Assembly: GCA_964594265.1 (NCBI GenBank)
Contig: CAZQLZ010000011.1
Location: 1-46,299, forward strand
Reading direction: 5' to 3'
Length of the DNA stretch: 46,299 nucleotides
Origin: an uncultured bacterium
Lineage (GTDB): Bacteria; Aquificota; Aquificia; Desulfurobacteriales; Desulfurobacteriaceae
Position 1 is the stretch's first letter, and every line of letters starts with the position of its first letter. The position numbers were made by a program, and so were the translations under genes. A model generated the notes under the pieces. That model saw nothing but the letters and a program-made list of their open reading frames with translations, had not been told where the DNA came from and did not search any database. This document shows positions 1 to 9,298 of the stretch, piece after piece.

Positions 1-404
1 GAAAGTCTAATTCTGCTACCTTCTATCTTAAACCCTGTCTTGTCCCAAGTTACTACTCTGTGGGGTGTTTGAGGGTTTACGTATTTTGGTGGTCTGACAG
101 TTTCTATTCCTTTTTTCTTATACCTTTCAGGGTCTTTCAGGAACTTGAAAAAGTTGTTCCACCCTCGTGATAGTTCGTCAAGGATTATTTGAGCACAGCG
201 GGACTGCAAAGAGCGTAGGTGTATTGAGTTGTCTTTCAATTTGTTGTATAGGTCTCTGTAATCTGGTTTTGCCAATTTGTTTTTTACAAGGTAATTAGCT
301 TGATTCCAAAGCTTTCCAGCGTGGTAGGTTAGATATCCAAGAATTATTTCTTGCTCTTTCACCAAACGGTTTAGTTCTATTACCAATGCTCTTTTTACTT
401 TCAT
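1..404 (-). CDS. tnpB: IS200/IS605-family TnpB RNA-guided endonuclease, N-terminal part (runs off the window edge)
   Basis: Not in the ORF track. Manual translation from ATG at 404 is open to the edge: MKVKRALVIELNRLVKEQEIILGYLTYHAGKLWNQANYLVKNKLAKPDYRDLYNKLKDNSIHLRSLQSRCAQIILDELSRGWNNFFKFLKDPERYKKKGIETVRPPKYVNP... The LWNxANY, AQ..L.....W..FF and PPKY segments are typical of TnpB N-terminal regions. RuvC is outside the window. Confidence 0.8.
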   Translation of the reverse strand, partial: MKVKRALVIELNRLVKEQEIILGYLTYHAGKLWNQANYLVKNKLAKPDYRDLYNKLKDNSIHLRSLQSRCAQIILDELSRGWNNFFKFLKDPERYKKKGIETVRPPKYVNPQTPHRVVTWDKTGFKIEGSRIRL

Positions 405-510
405 CTCTGTGCTTTTAACTTATATTTAGAACTGTCCAAATTCAAGGTGCTTACGCACCTGCGGGCTTTCATCCCCTCCCTCACAGAAGGGGTCTTTCCG
501 CCCGCAAAAG
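1..510 (-). mobile_element. IS200/IS605-family insertion sequence, apparently tnpB-only (IS1341-like), left part
   Basis: tnpB is preceded within about 100 nt by subterminal palindromes: AGGTGC-TTAC-GCACCT (445-460), and GCGGGC/GCCCGC (461-466/500-505) enclosing CCCCT...AGGGG (473-477/488-492). Minus-strand TTTAT (515-511) abuts the end. There is no room for tnpA between the end and tnpB. Confidence 0.7.
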
Positions 511-630
511 ATAAATAACTTTCTCGTAAAGCTCTATTTCTCCTGGAGTTGCAGGCTTAAGGTCCAATTCTTTCTCCCTTATCCTAATTATCCTGTCAAC
601 TGTAGAAACTATGCCAAATTTGTTCCTCAT
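481..630 (-). pseudogene. Short ORF or gene fragment running into the IS left end
   Basis: MRNKFGIVSTVDRIIRIREKELDLKPATPGEIELYEKVIY then LLRAERPLL* from IS sequence. Codon 40 ends exactly at the inferred junction (510/511). No clear RBS. Confidence 0.3.
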
Positions 631-883
631 GTTCAGAGGGGAAGCTTTTTTAGGTTGTTATTTGTCTTAGGGTGTGGTTTTTTGGGGGAAGTAATTTGTT
701 ACAAATAGTAAAATTTTATGGTAAAGAATATCAAAAGAAGTAAACAACTGAAATTTCTTTTAAAACACAAATTAATGGGGTGTGGTATGTGATGGTGTTA
801 TTGGTGTTTTGTGGTGAGGAGGTAAACTTAAGTGTAAATTTTTATGGTTAATCTTAGACACTAAAACCCACAAATTACACTAC

Positions 884-1897
884 CTAAGAACCCATAAGAC
901 CAATAGAACGAAGGGCAAAATAAAGTCCTATGCAACCCGTAATCATTACATCTCCTCCGGGAAAAGCGTATTCCCCATACTTTTTGAAAAGACTCCTGTT
1001 AGGTCCTGCTATAAAGACTCTTTCGGGCTCTACCCTTTCAAAGACCACCGCCCCATGACCGTTGTCAACGAAAACTTCTTCAAAAGTAAGGGTAGCTTTA
1101 CAGAGTTTCTCAACAAGTTCTTTTAGCTTCTCCGCTGTCAGGTAACGAGTGTGGTGTTCAAAAAGACCGCATATCATCCCGCCTTTAATTGAAACTCCAA
1201 GTGTGTGGCCGTTTCCAATGTCAAGTCCTACAAACTCCTTAACTCCAAGCTCTTCAGCGTAGCTAAGAACTCCACAGATGGAAGCAACTTTACTATCCAT
1301 AACAACGCCAGAATACCCTCTTTTCTCCAGCTGCTCTAAGATTGAATCAAACCTGCTGAAAAATCCTGTTTTTTCAGTAATGACAAAGTCACAAGGGTTC
1401 CTCGTTTTTTTAAGCTTTTTCTCAAAATACTTAAACCTTGTAACCCTATCGCTTTGTCCCTTCACAAAACCGTGATCTTGACAGGCAACAGCTATAATCT
1501 GAGGATTGAAAGATCTCCCCGCTAACCTAAGGAGCTCTCCGTAAACGTCAAACTCAAGATCAGAAAGGTAAAGGTTCGGTTCCTTAACTTCTTCAACAAT
1601 ATCAATCCCAAGCGACCTAACCTTTTCAATGTCATCCTTTATAGTTCTTGCTGCTCTCTTAGAAATCACAACTTTATAGCCCTTTCTTAAGTGATTAAGA
1701 ATAGCTTTTTTCACAGGTCCTCCTCCCATTGCGTAACCGTCAATAAAGAGATCTTCATTAAAGGCAGATATCTTCCTTGCCAACTTCACGGTAGGAGAAG
1801 GAAGTATCGCCTTAACCCAGTTCTCCGTGTTAGTCCTTTCATCGGCGTAGAGTAAATCCTGAGTTCCCTTCCCAATGTCAACGAGGAAAACTTCCAT
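884..1897 (-). CDS. DUF1786-family protein (actin-like/ASKHA fold)
   Basis: 337 aa; N-terminal VDIGKGTQD, MGGGP, QDHG..SDR and DIGNGHT motifs characteristic of DUF1786. Confidence 0.75.
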   Translation of the reverse strand: MEVFLVDIGKGTQDLLYADERTNTENWVKAILPSPTVKLARKISAFNEDLFIDGYAMGGGPVKKAILNHLRKGYKVVISKRAARTIKDDIEKVRSLGIDIVEEVKEPNLYLSDLEFDVYGELLRLAGRSFNPQIIAVACQDHGFVKGQSDRVTRFKYFEKKLKKTRNPCDFVITEKTGFFSRFDSILEQLEKRGYSGVVMDSKVASICGVLSYAEELGVKEFVGLDIGNGHTLGVSIKGGMICGLFEHHTRYLTAEKLKELVEKLCKATLTFEEVFVDNGHGAVVFERVEPERVFIAGPNRSLFKKYGEYAFPGGDVMITGCIGLYFALRSIGLMGS

Positions 1898-1998
1898 AGC
1901 AGAGCTCCCAACAAAAATTTTTTAAAGAGTTTAACACGAGAGAAGAAAAATCCTGTATATTTTAGATTCCACAATACTAAAGCTTAGCAGGAGGCCAG

Positions 1999-3081
1999 AT
2001 GTTTGAAATAGCCGACGACACTTTTCAAGGGCCAGTCATTAAAGTCATAGGTGTTGGAGGAGGCGGAGGAAACGCTGTATCAAGAATGTTTGAAAAAGGC
2101 ATTGAAGGGGTTGAGTTTATAGCCATTAACACAGATGCCCAGGTTCTATCCAAGCTTCCAGTTCCTGTCAAGGTTCAAATAGGGGAAAAACTAACTAAGG
2201 GACTCGGGGCTGGCGGAAAACCCGAGATAGGAGAACAAGCAGCTTTAGAAGATGAGCCAAAGATAAGAGAGATTCTTGAAAACTCTGATATGGTTTTCAT
2301 AACAGCCGGAATGGGTGGTGGTACCGGAACGGGAGCTGCTCCAATCGTTGCAAAAATTGCCAAAGATATGGGAATTCTTACAGTTGGCGTTGTTACAAGA
2401 CCTTTTGACTTTGAAGGAAGGAAAAGACACGAATACGCAGAGGCTGGAATAAAAAGGCTAAAGGAATTCGTTGATACACTTATGGTCATTCCAAATCAAA
2501 AACTTATAACCGTAGCTCCAAAAAGCCTCAACATAATAGAAGCCTTTAAACTTGCCGATAACGTCCTATATCAGGCAGTAAAGGGAATTACCGAAGTAAT
2601 TACCAAACCCGGGCTCATCAACCTGGACTTTGCGGATGTCAAGACAGTTATGCAGAGCGGCGGATACGCCTTAATGGGAACTGGAGAAGCTGAAGGCGAG
2701 GATAGGGCTCTAACAGCAGCCAGAAAGGCCATTGATAATCCCCTACTTGAAAATGTCCAAGTAGAGGGAGCAAGCAGGATTCTCGTTAACATTACTGGCG
2801 GACCCGATCTTACACTTGACGAGGCTTATGCTGCTGCCGGTCTAATTAAGGAAAGAGCTAAGAGAGATGATACAAACTTCTTCTTTGGTGTAACGATTGA
2901 TGAAAATCTTGAGAAAATCCTTCAAGTAACCGTTATTGCTACAGGATTTGACGAAAAAGGAAGACCACTAAGAGGATTCTCTATCCCCTATCACTACGGA
3001 ACAGATGGAAAGAAAGAAGAGGATTTCGGAATAGACATTAACAAGCTCTTAGAAAGTTTAAAAGACGAGGAAGAGGAGTAG
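1999..3081 (+). CDS. ftsZ: Cell division protein FtsZ
   Basis: [14 protein letters not shown], tubulin signature [18 protein letters not shown]7 loop; RBS AGGAGG upstream. Confidence 0.99.
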   Translation: MFEIADDTFQGPVIKVIGVGGGGGNAVSRMFEKGIEGVEFIAINTDAQVLSKLPVPVKVQIGEKLTKGLGAGGKPEIGEQAALEDEPKIREILENSDMVFITAGMGGGTGTGAAPIVAKIAKDMGILTVGVVTRPFDFEGRKRHEYAEAGIKRLKEFVDTLMVIPNQKLITVAPKSLNIIEAFKLADNVLYQAVKGITEVITKPGLINLDFADVKTVMQSGGYALMGTGEAEGEDRALTAARKAIDNPLLENVQVEGASRILVNITGGPDLTLDEAYAAAGLIKERAKRDDTNFFFGVTIDENLEKILQVTVIATGFDEKGRPLRGFSIPYHYGTDGKKEEDFGIDINKLLESLKDEEEE

Positions 3082-3085
3082 AGCT

Positions 3086-3664
3086 TTACTCCAAAGCGGA
3101 AAGGGTCAACTTAATGGCTCCTCTAAGGAGCATTTCTTTGATGGCCCTTTCCGTGTCTCCAGGATTTACCTCTACTCCTCTTGAAGCGTCAGCAAGAAAG
3201 AAAACAGTATAACCAAGGTTCAGAGCTCCAATGACAGTATTCTTCACACAGTAATCAGTAGCCAGTCCTCCGATAAAGAGCCTTCTTATACCCCTTTCTT
3301 TTAAGAGGGAATCAAGAAGCGTCCCCTGAAAACCGGAATAGGCTTCAAGCTCCGGTCTGTCTCCTTTATTAATTATGAAGGCATCCGGTGGCAATCTTAA
3401 ACCGCTCGCAAAAGAAGCCCCTTCTGTCCATTGAATGCAATGCTTGGGCCACAGACCCCCATTTTCCATGAAGGAAATATGATTCTCAGGATGCCAATCA
3501 CGGGTAGCAAAAATAGGCTGGCCTTTTGACACAAACAGGGAAATATATTCATTAAGAGGTTCAACAACCTCATCACCCTTAGGAACAGGAAGAGTTCCTC
3601 CCGGCAGAAAATCCTTTTGAACGTCTACAATTATCAGAGCATCGTACTGAGTAATCCTTACCAT
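3086..3664 (-). CDS. pncA: Nicotinamidase/pyrazinamidase (isochorismatase family)
   Basis: ALIIVDVQKDF, DWHP..H.SF, WPKHC, KG....EAYSGF, GLATDYCV. Confidence 0.93.
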   Translation of the reverse strand: MVRITQYDALIIVDVQKDFLPGGTLPVPKGDEVVEPLNEYISLFVSKGQPIFATRDWHPENHISFMENGGLWPKHCIQWTEGASFASGLRLPPDAFIINKGDRPELEAYSGFQGTLLDSLLKERGIRRLFIGGLATDYCVKNTVIGALNLGYTVFFLADASRGVEVNPGDTERAIKEMLLRGAIKLTLSALE

Positions 3665-4503
3665 TACTCTTCCACTACAAGCTCAAAAGTTTTAACAGCA
3701 ACTTCTACTGCACTTTTAACGGGAAGTTTAGAGGTATTGAGCTTGAGATGAAAGAGAGATATATCGGTAACGTCCACGTCGCACATATCCCTGTAAAACT
3801 CTTTTTCCTTTTTGTCTATCTTTCTAAGCTGTTTTTCGGCTTCAGACAGAGAAATTCCTGCCTTCTCGGCATAGACCTTTACTCTATCGGCAAAGGGAGC
3901 TTCAACCTTAATGTGGAGCGTACCGGGATACTCTCTAAGAATGCAAGCAGCAGCGTGTCCTACGATAACAACATTATTTGAAACAGCGAAAGAAGTAACA
4001 GCCTTTGTAAGGGCCTCCCTAAACTCCTCAAAGGTTATGTCTCTTTTCTTCTCTCCAAAGAAAGCCCCAAAATCTATAAAGCTTCTGTCAATCTGAAATA
4101 GGTCAAAAATAGTTAGCTTTGAAGAAACATACTTAAATTCATTAAACTCCTCTATTTTCCACTCGGGAACTCCAAGCCTCTTAGCAACTTCTTGAAGTAT
4201 CTCCGAAAAGACCAATCTATAACCGAGCTTTTCAGCTATTCCCCTACCAACATCCAACCCCAAGGAACCAAGCTCATAAGTTACCGTAACAACACCCATT
4301 TTTCCCTCCAGCATCCTATTTTTAAGTGCTTCCTTTCTTATTTTACCAATTAACTCAACAAAAAAATCAGAGTCAATACTCAAAGGCAAAATCCTATCTA
4401 AAACTCTAAGTCTTTCTTCTATAGCAGTCAGAAACTCCCCACAACATAGAGCTAACTCTTCATCCTCGTAAAGAATATCTATGGCCTCATCAACCCTACC
4501 CAT
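3664..4503 (-). CDS. Cytidylate kinase-like family protein with N-terminal extension
   Basis: From about residue 70: VVTVTYELGSLG..VGRGIAEKLGY, NVVIVGH, LHIKVEAPFADRV, HLKLNTSKL, the pattern of the cytidylate-kinase-like P-loop family. Confidence 0.75.
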   Translation of the reverse strand: MGRVDEAIDILYEDEELALCCGEFLTAIEERLRVLDRILPLSIDSDFFVELIGKIRKEALKNRMLEGKMGVVTVTYELGSLGLDVGRGIAEKLGYRLVFSEILQEVAKRLGVPEWKIEEFNEFKYVSSKLTIFDLFQIDRSFIDFGAFFGEKKRDITFEEFREALTKAVTSFAVSNNVVIVGHAAACILREYPGTLHIKVEAPFADRVKVYAEKAGISLSEAEKQLRKIDKKEKEFYRDMCDVDVTDISLFHLKLNTSKLPVKSAVEVAVKTFELVVEE

Positions 4504-5008
4504 CCAAGTTTTCCTCTAAGGAAACCTTTGGGAGCTCTTCTATTGAAGAGAGCCCAAAGTGGTAAAGAAAAACATTAGTAGTCCTATAAAGCTTTGGCCT
4601 TCCTGGAGTTTTGGCCCTGCCGGCAACCTCTATTAAACCTTTCTCAAGGAGGGACTTTATAGCACCATCACAGTTCTGCCCTCTTATCTTCACAATGTCC
4701 TTCTTTGAAATAGGCTGATTGTAGGCAATGATAGCAAGAACTTCTAAGAGAGGCCTTGAGAGTTTTACCGGCCTATCCTCTACAAAAGACTTAAGAACCG
4801 TAGAAAGATCAGGAGCCGTAAAGAAACGGTAACCGCCAGCAACTTTTTTAAGAATAATTCCCCGCTCTGAATACTCTTTTAAAAGTTCTTTTAAAACTTT
4901 CTTTACATCCTCTACCTTAAAGCCAAGCTTTTCTGAAAGAGTCCCTTCAGAAACCGGTTCTTGAGAGAGAAAAATTGCAGCCTCTACAGCTCTCTTTATC
5001 CTATCCAT
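4496..5008 (-). CDS. scpB: SMC-Scp complex subunit ScpB
   Basis: VEAAIFLSQEPVS, LEVLAIIAYNQPIS, GRAKTPGRPKLYRTT..FL.HFGL..IEELP. ATG at 5008 chosen; the track uses TTG at 5014. Confidence 0.95.
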   Translation of the reverse strand: MDRIKRAVEAAIFLSQEPVSEGTLSEKLGFKVEDVKKVLKELLKEYSERGIILKKVAGGYRFFTAPDLSTVLKSFVEDRPVKLSRPLLEVLAIIAYNQPISKKDIVKIRGQNCDGAIKSLLEKGLIEVAGRAKTPGRPKLYRTTNVFLYHFGLSSIEELPKVSLEENLDG

Positions 5009-6092
5009 TGACAATCTCTCTCACTACCCTTTCAGTAGAATCAAAAACGGCAAACTTCTTCATACTTTCAGAAATTTTCCTTGCCCTGATTATATCAAAG
5101 AGCAAAAGCTTTACAGTAGCTGCAACTTCTTTGGGTGTTAGTTCTTCCTGCCTTTTCAGGATACATCCACCCGCCTCAGAAAGCTCTTTTACGTTAAAAA
5201 ATTGGTGATCATCTACAGCGAAAGGAAAAGGAATAAACAGCGTAGGTATGCCAAAAAGGAGAATCTCTGAAACAGCAAGAGCTCCCGCCCGAGAAATAGC
5301 AGCATCGGCAATCAAGTAGAGCTCCCAAATCCTCTCATAAAAAGAAAACACCTTAGCTCTTATTCCGGCTCTCCTGTAAACTTCTTCCATCTCAGGAGAT
5401 TTTCCCTCGCCCGTAACGTGAACGACCTGAATCTTTTCCTTAACGTCAAAAAGTTCACAGGCCACTTTTTTCATCGTCTCGTTGATCCAGAGAGCTCCCT
5501 GACTCCCCCCGATAACAAGAAGGGTCTTCCTCCCCTCAGAAAGAGAAAGAGACTTTAAAACCTTCTTCCTCAGAAGTTTTCTACTTTTTGCAGCTTCAAC
5601 AACTTCTTCCCTTACAGGGTTGCCGGTAAAAACGGCCTTACCGTCAAAAAAACGAAGAGAGCTCTCATAACCTACAAGAACCTTCTCGGCAAAACGCGAA
5701 AGGAAAAGGTTTGTTTTACCAGGGATAGAGTTTTGTTCCTGAAGTATTAGAGGAACTCCCTTAACCGCTGCAGCAATCCCTAAGGGAAAAGAAACGTATC
5801 CCCCAAAAAGAACAACTCTATCAGGTCTAAACGAGGAAATAACAGATAGGGCTTGCCAAGTACTTCTAAGGAGAAAGAAACCGTTTAAGAGAGCTCTAAC
5901 TCCTTTTCCTCTTACTCCTCTGGAATCAATAAAAACGGAAGCAGAAGGTAAGAGCTCCCTCTTCCTACTCTCAATACCAACCGAAGAACCCACAAAAAGA
6001 ACATCGTGGCCTTCCTGAATAAGCCTATTAGAGACGGCCAGACAGGGAAAAAGGTGTCCCCCCGTTCCTCCACCAGCAACGATAATTCTCAC
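5001..6092 (-). CDS. murG: Lipid II GlcNAc transferase MurG
   Basis: AGGGTGGHLFP, GGYVS, EQNSIPG, TGNPVR, GGSQGA, ISRAGA, DHQ..N. Confidence 0.97.
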   Translation of the reverse strand: MRIIVAGGGTGGHLFPCLAVSNRLIQEGHDVLFVGSSVGIESRKRELLPSASVFIDSRGVRGKGVRALLNGFFLLRSTWQALSVISSFRPDRVVLFGGYVSFPLGIAAAVKGVPLILQEQNSIPGKTNLFLSRFAEKVLVGYESSLRFFDGKAVFTGNPVREEVVEAAKSRKLLRKKVLKSLSLSEGRKTLLVIGGSQGALWINETMKKVACELFDVKEKIQVVHVTGEGKSPEMEEVYRRAGIRAKVFSFYERIWELYLIADAAISRAGALAVSEILLFGIPTLFIPFPFAVDDHQFFNVKELSEAGGCILKRQEELTPKEVAATVKLLLFDIIRARKISESMKKFAVFDSTERVVREIVNG

Positions 6093-7255
6093 GTAAATTT
6101 CCCCCTTCCTAAGAGTCTTATGTTCGCCCTACTCTCTTCAGGTAAGAACCTTGCAATGTTTGCCAAAATTCCAACGGCGATAAACATAGAAATCAAAGAA
6201 GTTCCTCCCATACTCATAAAGGGAAGTGTAATTCCCGTTGTAGGAACAAGCCCAAGGTTTACTCCCATATGAACCATCCCCTGAAGGAAGATGTAAAGGG
6301 TCAGTCCAAGCGCCATGAATTTTCCTACTTTTTCATCCGTTCTGTCGGCAATAGAAAGTCCTAAGTAGAGTATCAGGAAAAAGGCTAAAAGAACTAAAAT
6401 TGCACCGAGAGCTCCCGTCTCTTCAGCAATGTGAGCATACATAAAGTCGCTAAAGGAAAAGGTCAAAAAGAGAAACTTTGATTGTGCCCCCTGACCAATT
6501 CCCATTCCAGTCAGTCCACCCTTGGCAAAGGCCACAAAAGCCTGAACAAGCTGATAGCTATTATACTTAGCAGAAGTGTGAAAATATCCTGCAGGATCAA
6601 GGAGAATTTTTATTCTTGCAAGACGGTAAGGAGCCGTAATCACGGCAATTACAAACATAACAAAGCCGAGCACCATCGGGTAGAGAATGTAGCGAAGATC
6701 TAAACCTGTAATAAAGAGGATGGCGAATATAACAATTGAAAGGATCATCGCCGAACCAAGATCCTTTTCAAGAAGAATGAGAATAACCGGAATAAAGGAG
6801 AGGACGATAAAGCCGATAAAAACTCTAACATCCGACTGTATCTCGTACCATTTATACTTCAGGTAACCGGCAACAAAGAGAATGACAAGAACCTTCGCTA
6901 CTTCAGCAGGCTGGATAGAAAAACCGGCAATGAATATCCAACTCTTTGAGTTGTTAACCTCCTTTCCAAAGATTAAAACGGCAACAAGCAAAAGATTGGC
7001 TACGACATAGAGCCCCCAGATGTAGCGTTTATTAACGGCAAGGTCTCTGTAATCAAGGAATTTATAAATTCCAAGAGCTATTACTATTCCTATAACAAGA
7101 GCTACAAACTGCTTTAGAGCAAAAGAATAAGGAGCAACTCCGTGCTTTAGACAGTAAAAGTAACTGCCGGTATATACAAAAACTATTCCACTTACAGAAA
7201 GTAGTATTGCTATTACAAATATAAGAAAGGCAGAATACTCTCTACCGCTTCGCAA
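6089..7255 (-). CDS. ftsW: SEDS-family peptidoglycan glycosyltransferase FtsW
   Basis: Multi-TM; IQPAEVAK, DLGSA, GGLTGMGIGQG, SDF...IAEETG, PTTGITLPFMSMGGTS; lies between murD and murG. Confidence 0.93.
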   Translation of the reverse strand: MRSGREYSAFLIFVIAILLSVSGIVFVYTGSYFYCLKHGVAPYSFALKQFVALVIGIVIALGIYKFLDYRDLAVNKRYIWGLYVVANLLLVAVLIFGKEVNNSKSWIFIAGFSIQPAEVAKVLVILFVAGYLKYKWYEIQSDVRVFIGFIVLSFIPVILILLEKDLGSAMILSIVIFAILFITGLDLRYILYPMVLGFVMFVIAVITAPYRLARIKILLDPAGYFHTSAKYNSYQLVQAFVAFAKGGLTGMGIGQGAQSKFLFLTFSFSDFMYAHIAEETGALGAILVLLAFFLILYLGLSIADRTDEKVGKFMALGLTLYIFLQGMVHMGVNLGLVPTTGITLPFMSMGGTSLISMFIAVGILANIARFLPEESRANIRLLGRGKFT

Positions 7256-8486
7256 GATTTTCCTCCAAGAACTTTACCGCCTCCTTGAATCTATCTCCCC
7301 TTTCTTCAAAGTTTTTGAACATATCAAAGCTTGCACACCCCGGAGAAAGAAGAACAACATCCCCACTCTCGGCCAAATCGTAAGCTCTCTTAGTTGCCGA
7401 ATAGATATCAGACTCAATCACAACGTTCACAAGGTCCTCAAAGAGAGTTTTAAAAACAGGTGCAGTCTCTCCAATTGCAATAATAGCTTTTACTTTTTCC
7501 TTAACAAGAGGCCTTAAAGGAGAAAAGTCCAGTCCCTTATCACTGCCGCCGGCGATTAAGACAATTCTATCAAAGCTTTCAAGGGCTTTCCGGAGAGAAT
7601 CAACATTCGTTGACTTGGAGTCGTTTACAAAAGTAACTCCGTTAATACTGGCAACAAACTCCGTTCTATGGGGAAGTCCTCTAAAGGTTTTAAAACCTTC
7701 TAAGATAACTTCATGGGGGACTCCAAGGGTTTTCAGAACAAGTAGAGAGGCCATGTAGTTTTCAGCGTTATGAACGCCCTTTAAGGGGAGCTCCCTCAAG
7801 GAAACGGAAAATTTCTCACCAAAGATCCTATCCCCTTTCAAGAAAGCATCGGCTTTTCTTTTTCTACTAAAAAAGAGAATGTTCTCCCCAGAAAAACTCC
7901 CTAAAATCGGATCATCAAGGTTTAGGACAGAAAACCTTGATCTGGAAAGAAGTCCTAACTTTGTAAAAGCATAGTCGCGAAAGGAAGAGTATCTGTTAAG
8001 GTGGTCAGGAGTAATGTTGAGGATTACAGAGATTTCGCAGTTAAAATTTATAAGATCCTCTATCTGAAAAGAAGAGAGCTCCAGAACAGTTACGGAATTC
8101 TCATCCGTCTCTTCCACAAAGGAGGAAAAGGGAACACCAAAATTACCGCCAATAAAAGTCCTGTATCCCCCAACGGATAAAACGTGATGTATAAGGGCTG
8201 TTGTTGTACTTTTTCCGTTTGTTCCGGTTACAGCAACTATTCTACCTTTAGAAAAACGATAGGCAAGTTCTATCTCCCCTATAACCGGAACACCAGCTTC
8301 TTTAAACTTTTGGACAAGCGGATGGGTAGGTGGAACACCGGGAGACTTTATAACTACGGAAGGTCTCTCGGGCAACGGAACAGGATTTTTATCATCATAG
8401 GCAATAACCTTGTAACCTTTTTTCCTTAAAAGAGAAGCCGCGGCAGTTCCACTTCTCCCCATACCAACAACTACAGCTTCCACCAT
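7242..8486 (-). CDS. murD: UDP-MurNAc-L-Ala-D-Glu ligase MurD
   Basis: KSPGVP, VTGTNGKSTT, LELSSFQ, DHLNRY, HRTE, NDSKSTN, LSPGCASFDMF. Confidence 0.97.
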   Translation of the reverse strand: MVEAVVVGMGRSGTAAASLLRKKGYKVIAYDDKNPVPLPERPSVVIKSPGVPPTHPLVQKFKEAGVPVIGEIELAYRFSKGRIVAVTGTNGKSTTTALIHHVLSVGGYRTFIGGNFGVPFSSFVEETDENSVTVLELSSFQIEDLINFNCEISVILNITPDHLNRYSSFRDYAFTKLGLLSRSRFSVLNLDDPILGSFSGENILFFSRKRKADAFLKGDRIFGEKFSVSLRELPLKGVHNAENYMASLLVLKTLGVPHEVILEGFKTFRGLPHRTEFVASINGVTFVNDSKSTNVDSLRKALESFDRIVLIAGGSDKGLDFSPLRPLVKEKVKAIIAIGETAPVFKTLFEDLVNVVIESDIYSATKRAYDLAESGDVVLLSPGCASFDMFKNFEERGDRFKEAVKFLEENLAKR

Positions 8487-8497
8487 TCACTTCCCAC

Positions 8498-9298
8498 CTA
8501 CACTGCAATAACGGCTATACCTTCCTCTCTTGCAATTTCAATTATCTGCTGTTTGTCAAGCAAGAAAGTCTTTCCAGCTTCAAAAGCAATAGCCCTTCCG
8601 CCTAAGGAAGCTACTAACCTAACCGTATCAGCTCCCAAAGTAGGAACGTCTATCCTCATATCCTGAGATTTCCGAGCAGCCTTACAGACGGTAAAGCCCT
8701 TACCGGCTAAAATTGCCCCTCTTTTTATGCACTCATCTGTACCCTCCATCCCCTCAACGGCAACAACAGTCCTATCTTTAACAACGACCGTTTGACCAAT
8801 ATCAAGAGAGGCAATTTCCTTTGCCACTTCCATACCAAATTCTATATCTCTCTTTAAGCTAAGAGAAAGCTTTCCGGCCACAATCCCCGGTTCAAGTAGC
8901 AAGTGAGAGAGAAAAGGAGTTGGATCAATTACAGCCGTCCCTATTTTTTCTATTTCGGCTATTACACCCCTAATTATGGTTTCAGGCTTCCTGTCTTCCA
9001 GAGAGAGTATAAAAGTAACTGCCTTTAAGTCAAATCCCGAAAAAGTAAGAGCTGCTTTGTGTTCAACCTTTCCAAGGATAGCAATCTGCCCAAGCCTTTC
9101 CTTTTTTAGGAGCTTAAGAAACGTCCCAAACCTAAAGGGTTTTATCCAGAAGACCTTACCAGAAAGTCTCTCAACCTCTCTATTTGTTATTCCCTCAAGA
9201 GCAAAAGTTACCGTCTCGTAGCCCTTTGAAGAAGCAGACTTAAGGAATTCTAAAGGAAGAGAACCTTTACCGGCAAGGAGGCCTATTCTTTCCCTCAC
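8498..9298 (-). CDS. lpxI: UDP-2,3-diacylglucosamine pyrophosphatase LpxI family
   Basis: IGLLAGKGSLP, DIGQTVVV, AVEGMEGTD, QDMRIDVPTLG, EAGKT. Confidence 0.9.
   Translation of the reverse strand: MRERIGLLAGKGSLPLEFLKSASSKGYETVTFALEGITNREVERLSGKVFWIKPFRFGTFLKLLKKERLGQIAILGKVEHKAALTFSGFDLKAVTFILSLEDRKPETIIRGVIAEIEKIGTAVIDPTPFLSHLLLEPGIVAGKLSLSLKRDIEFGMEVAKEIASLDIGQTVVVKDRTVVAVEGMEGTDECIKRGAILAGKGFTVCKAARKSQDMRIDVPTLGADTVRLVASLGGRAIAFEAGKTFLLDKQQIIEIAREEGIAVIAV

Noticed and set aside
1-883. CRISPR-Cas12f-like locus
   Set aside because: No repeat-spacer array is visible in the window, and the flank looks like an IS left end.
660-883. Replication origin
   Set aside because: AT-rich, but I see no cluster of TTATCCACA-type DnaA boxes and no dnaA context.
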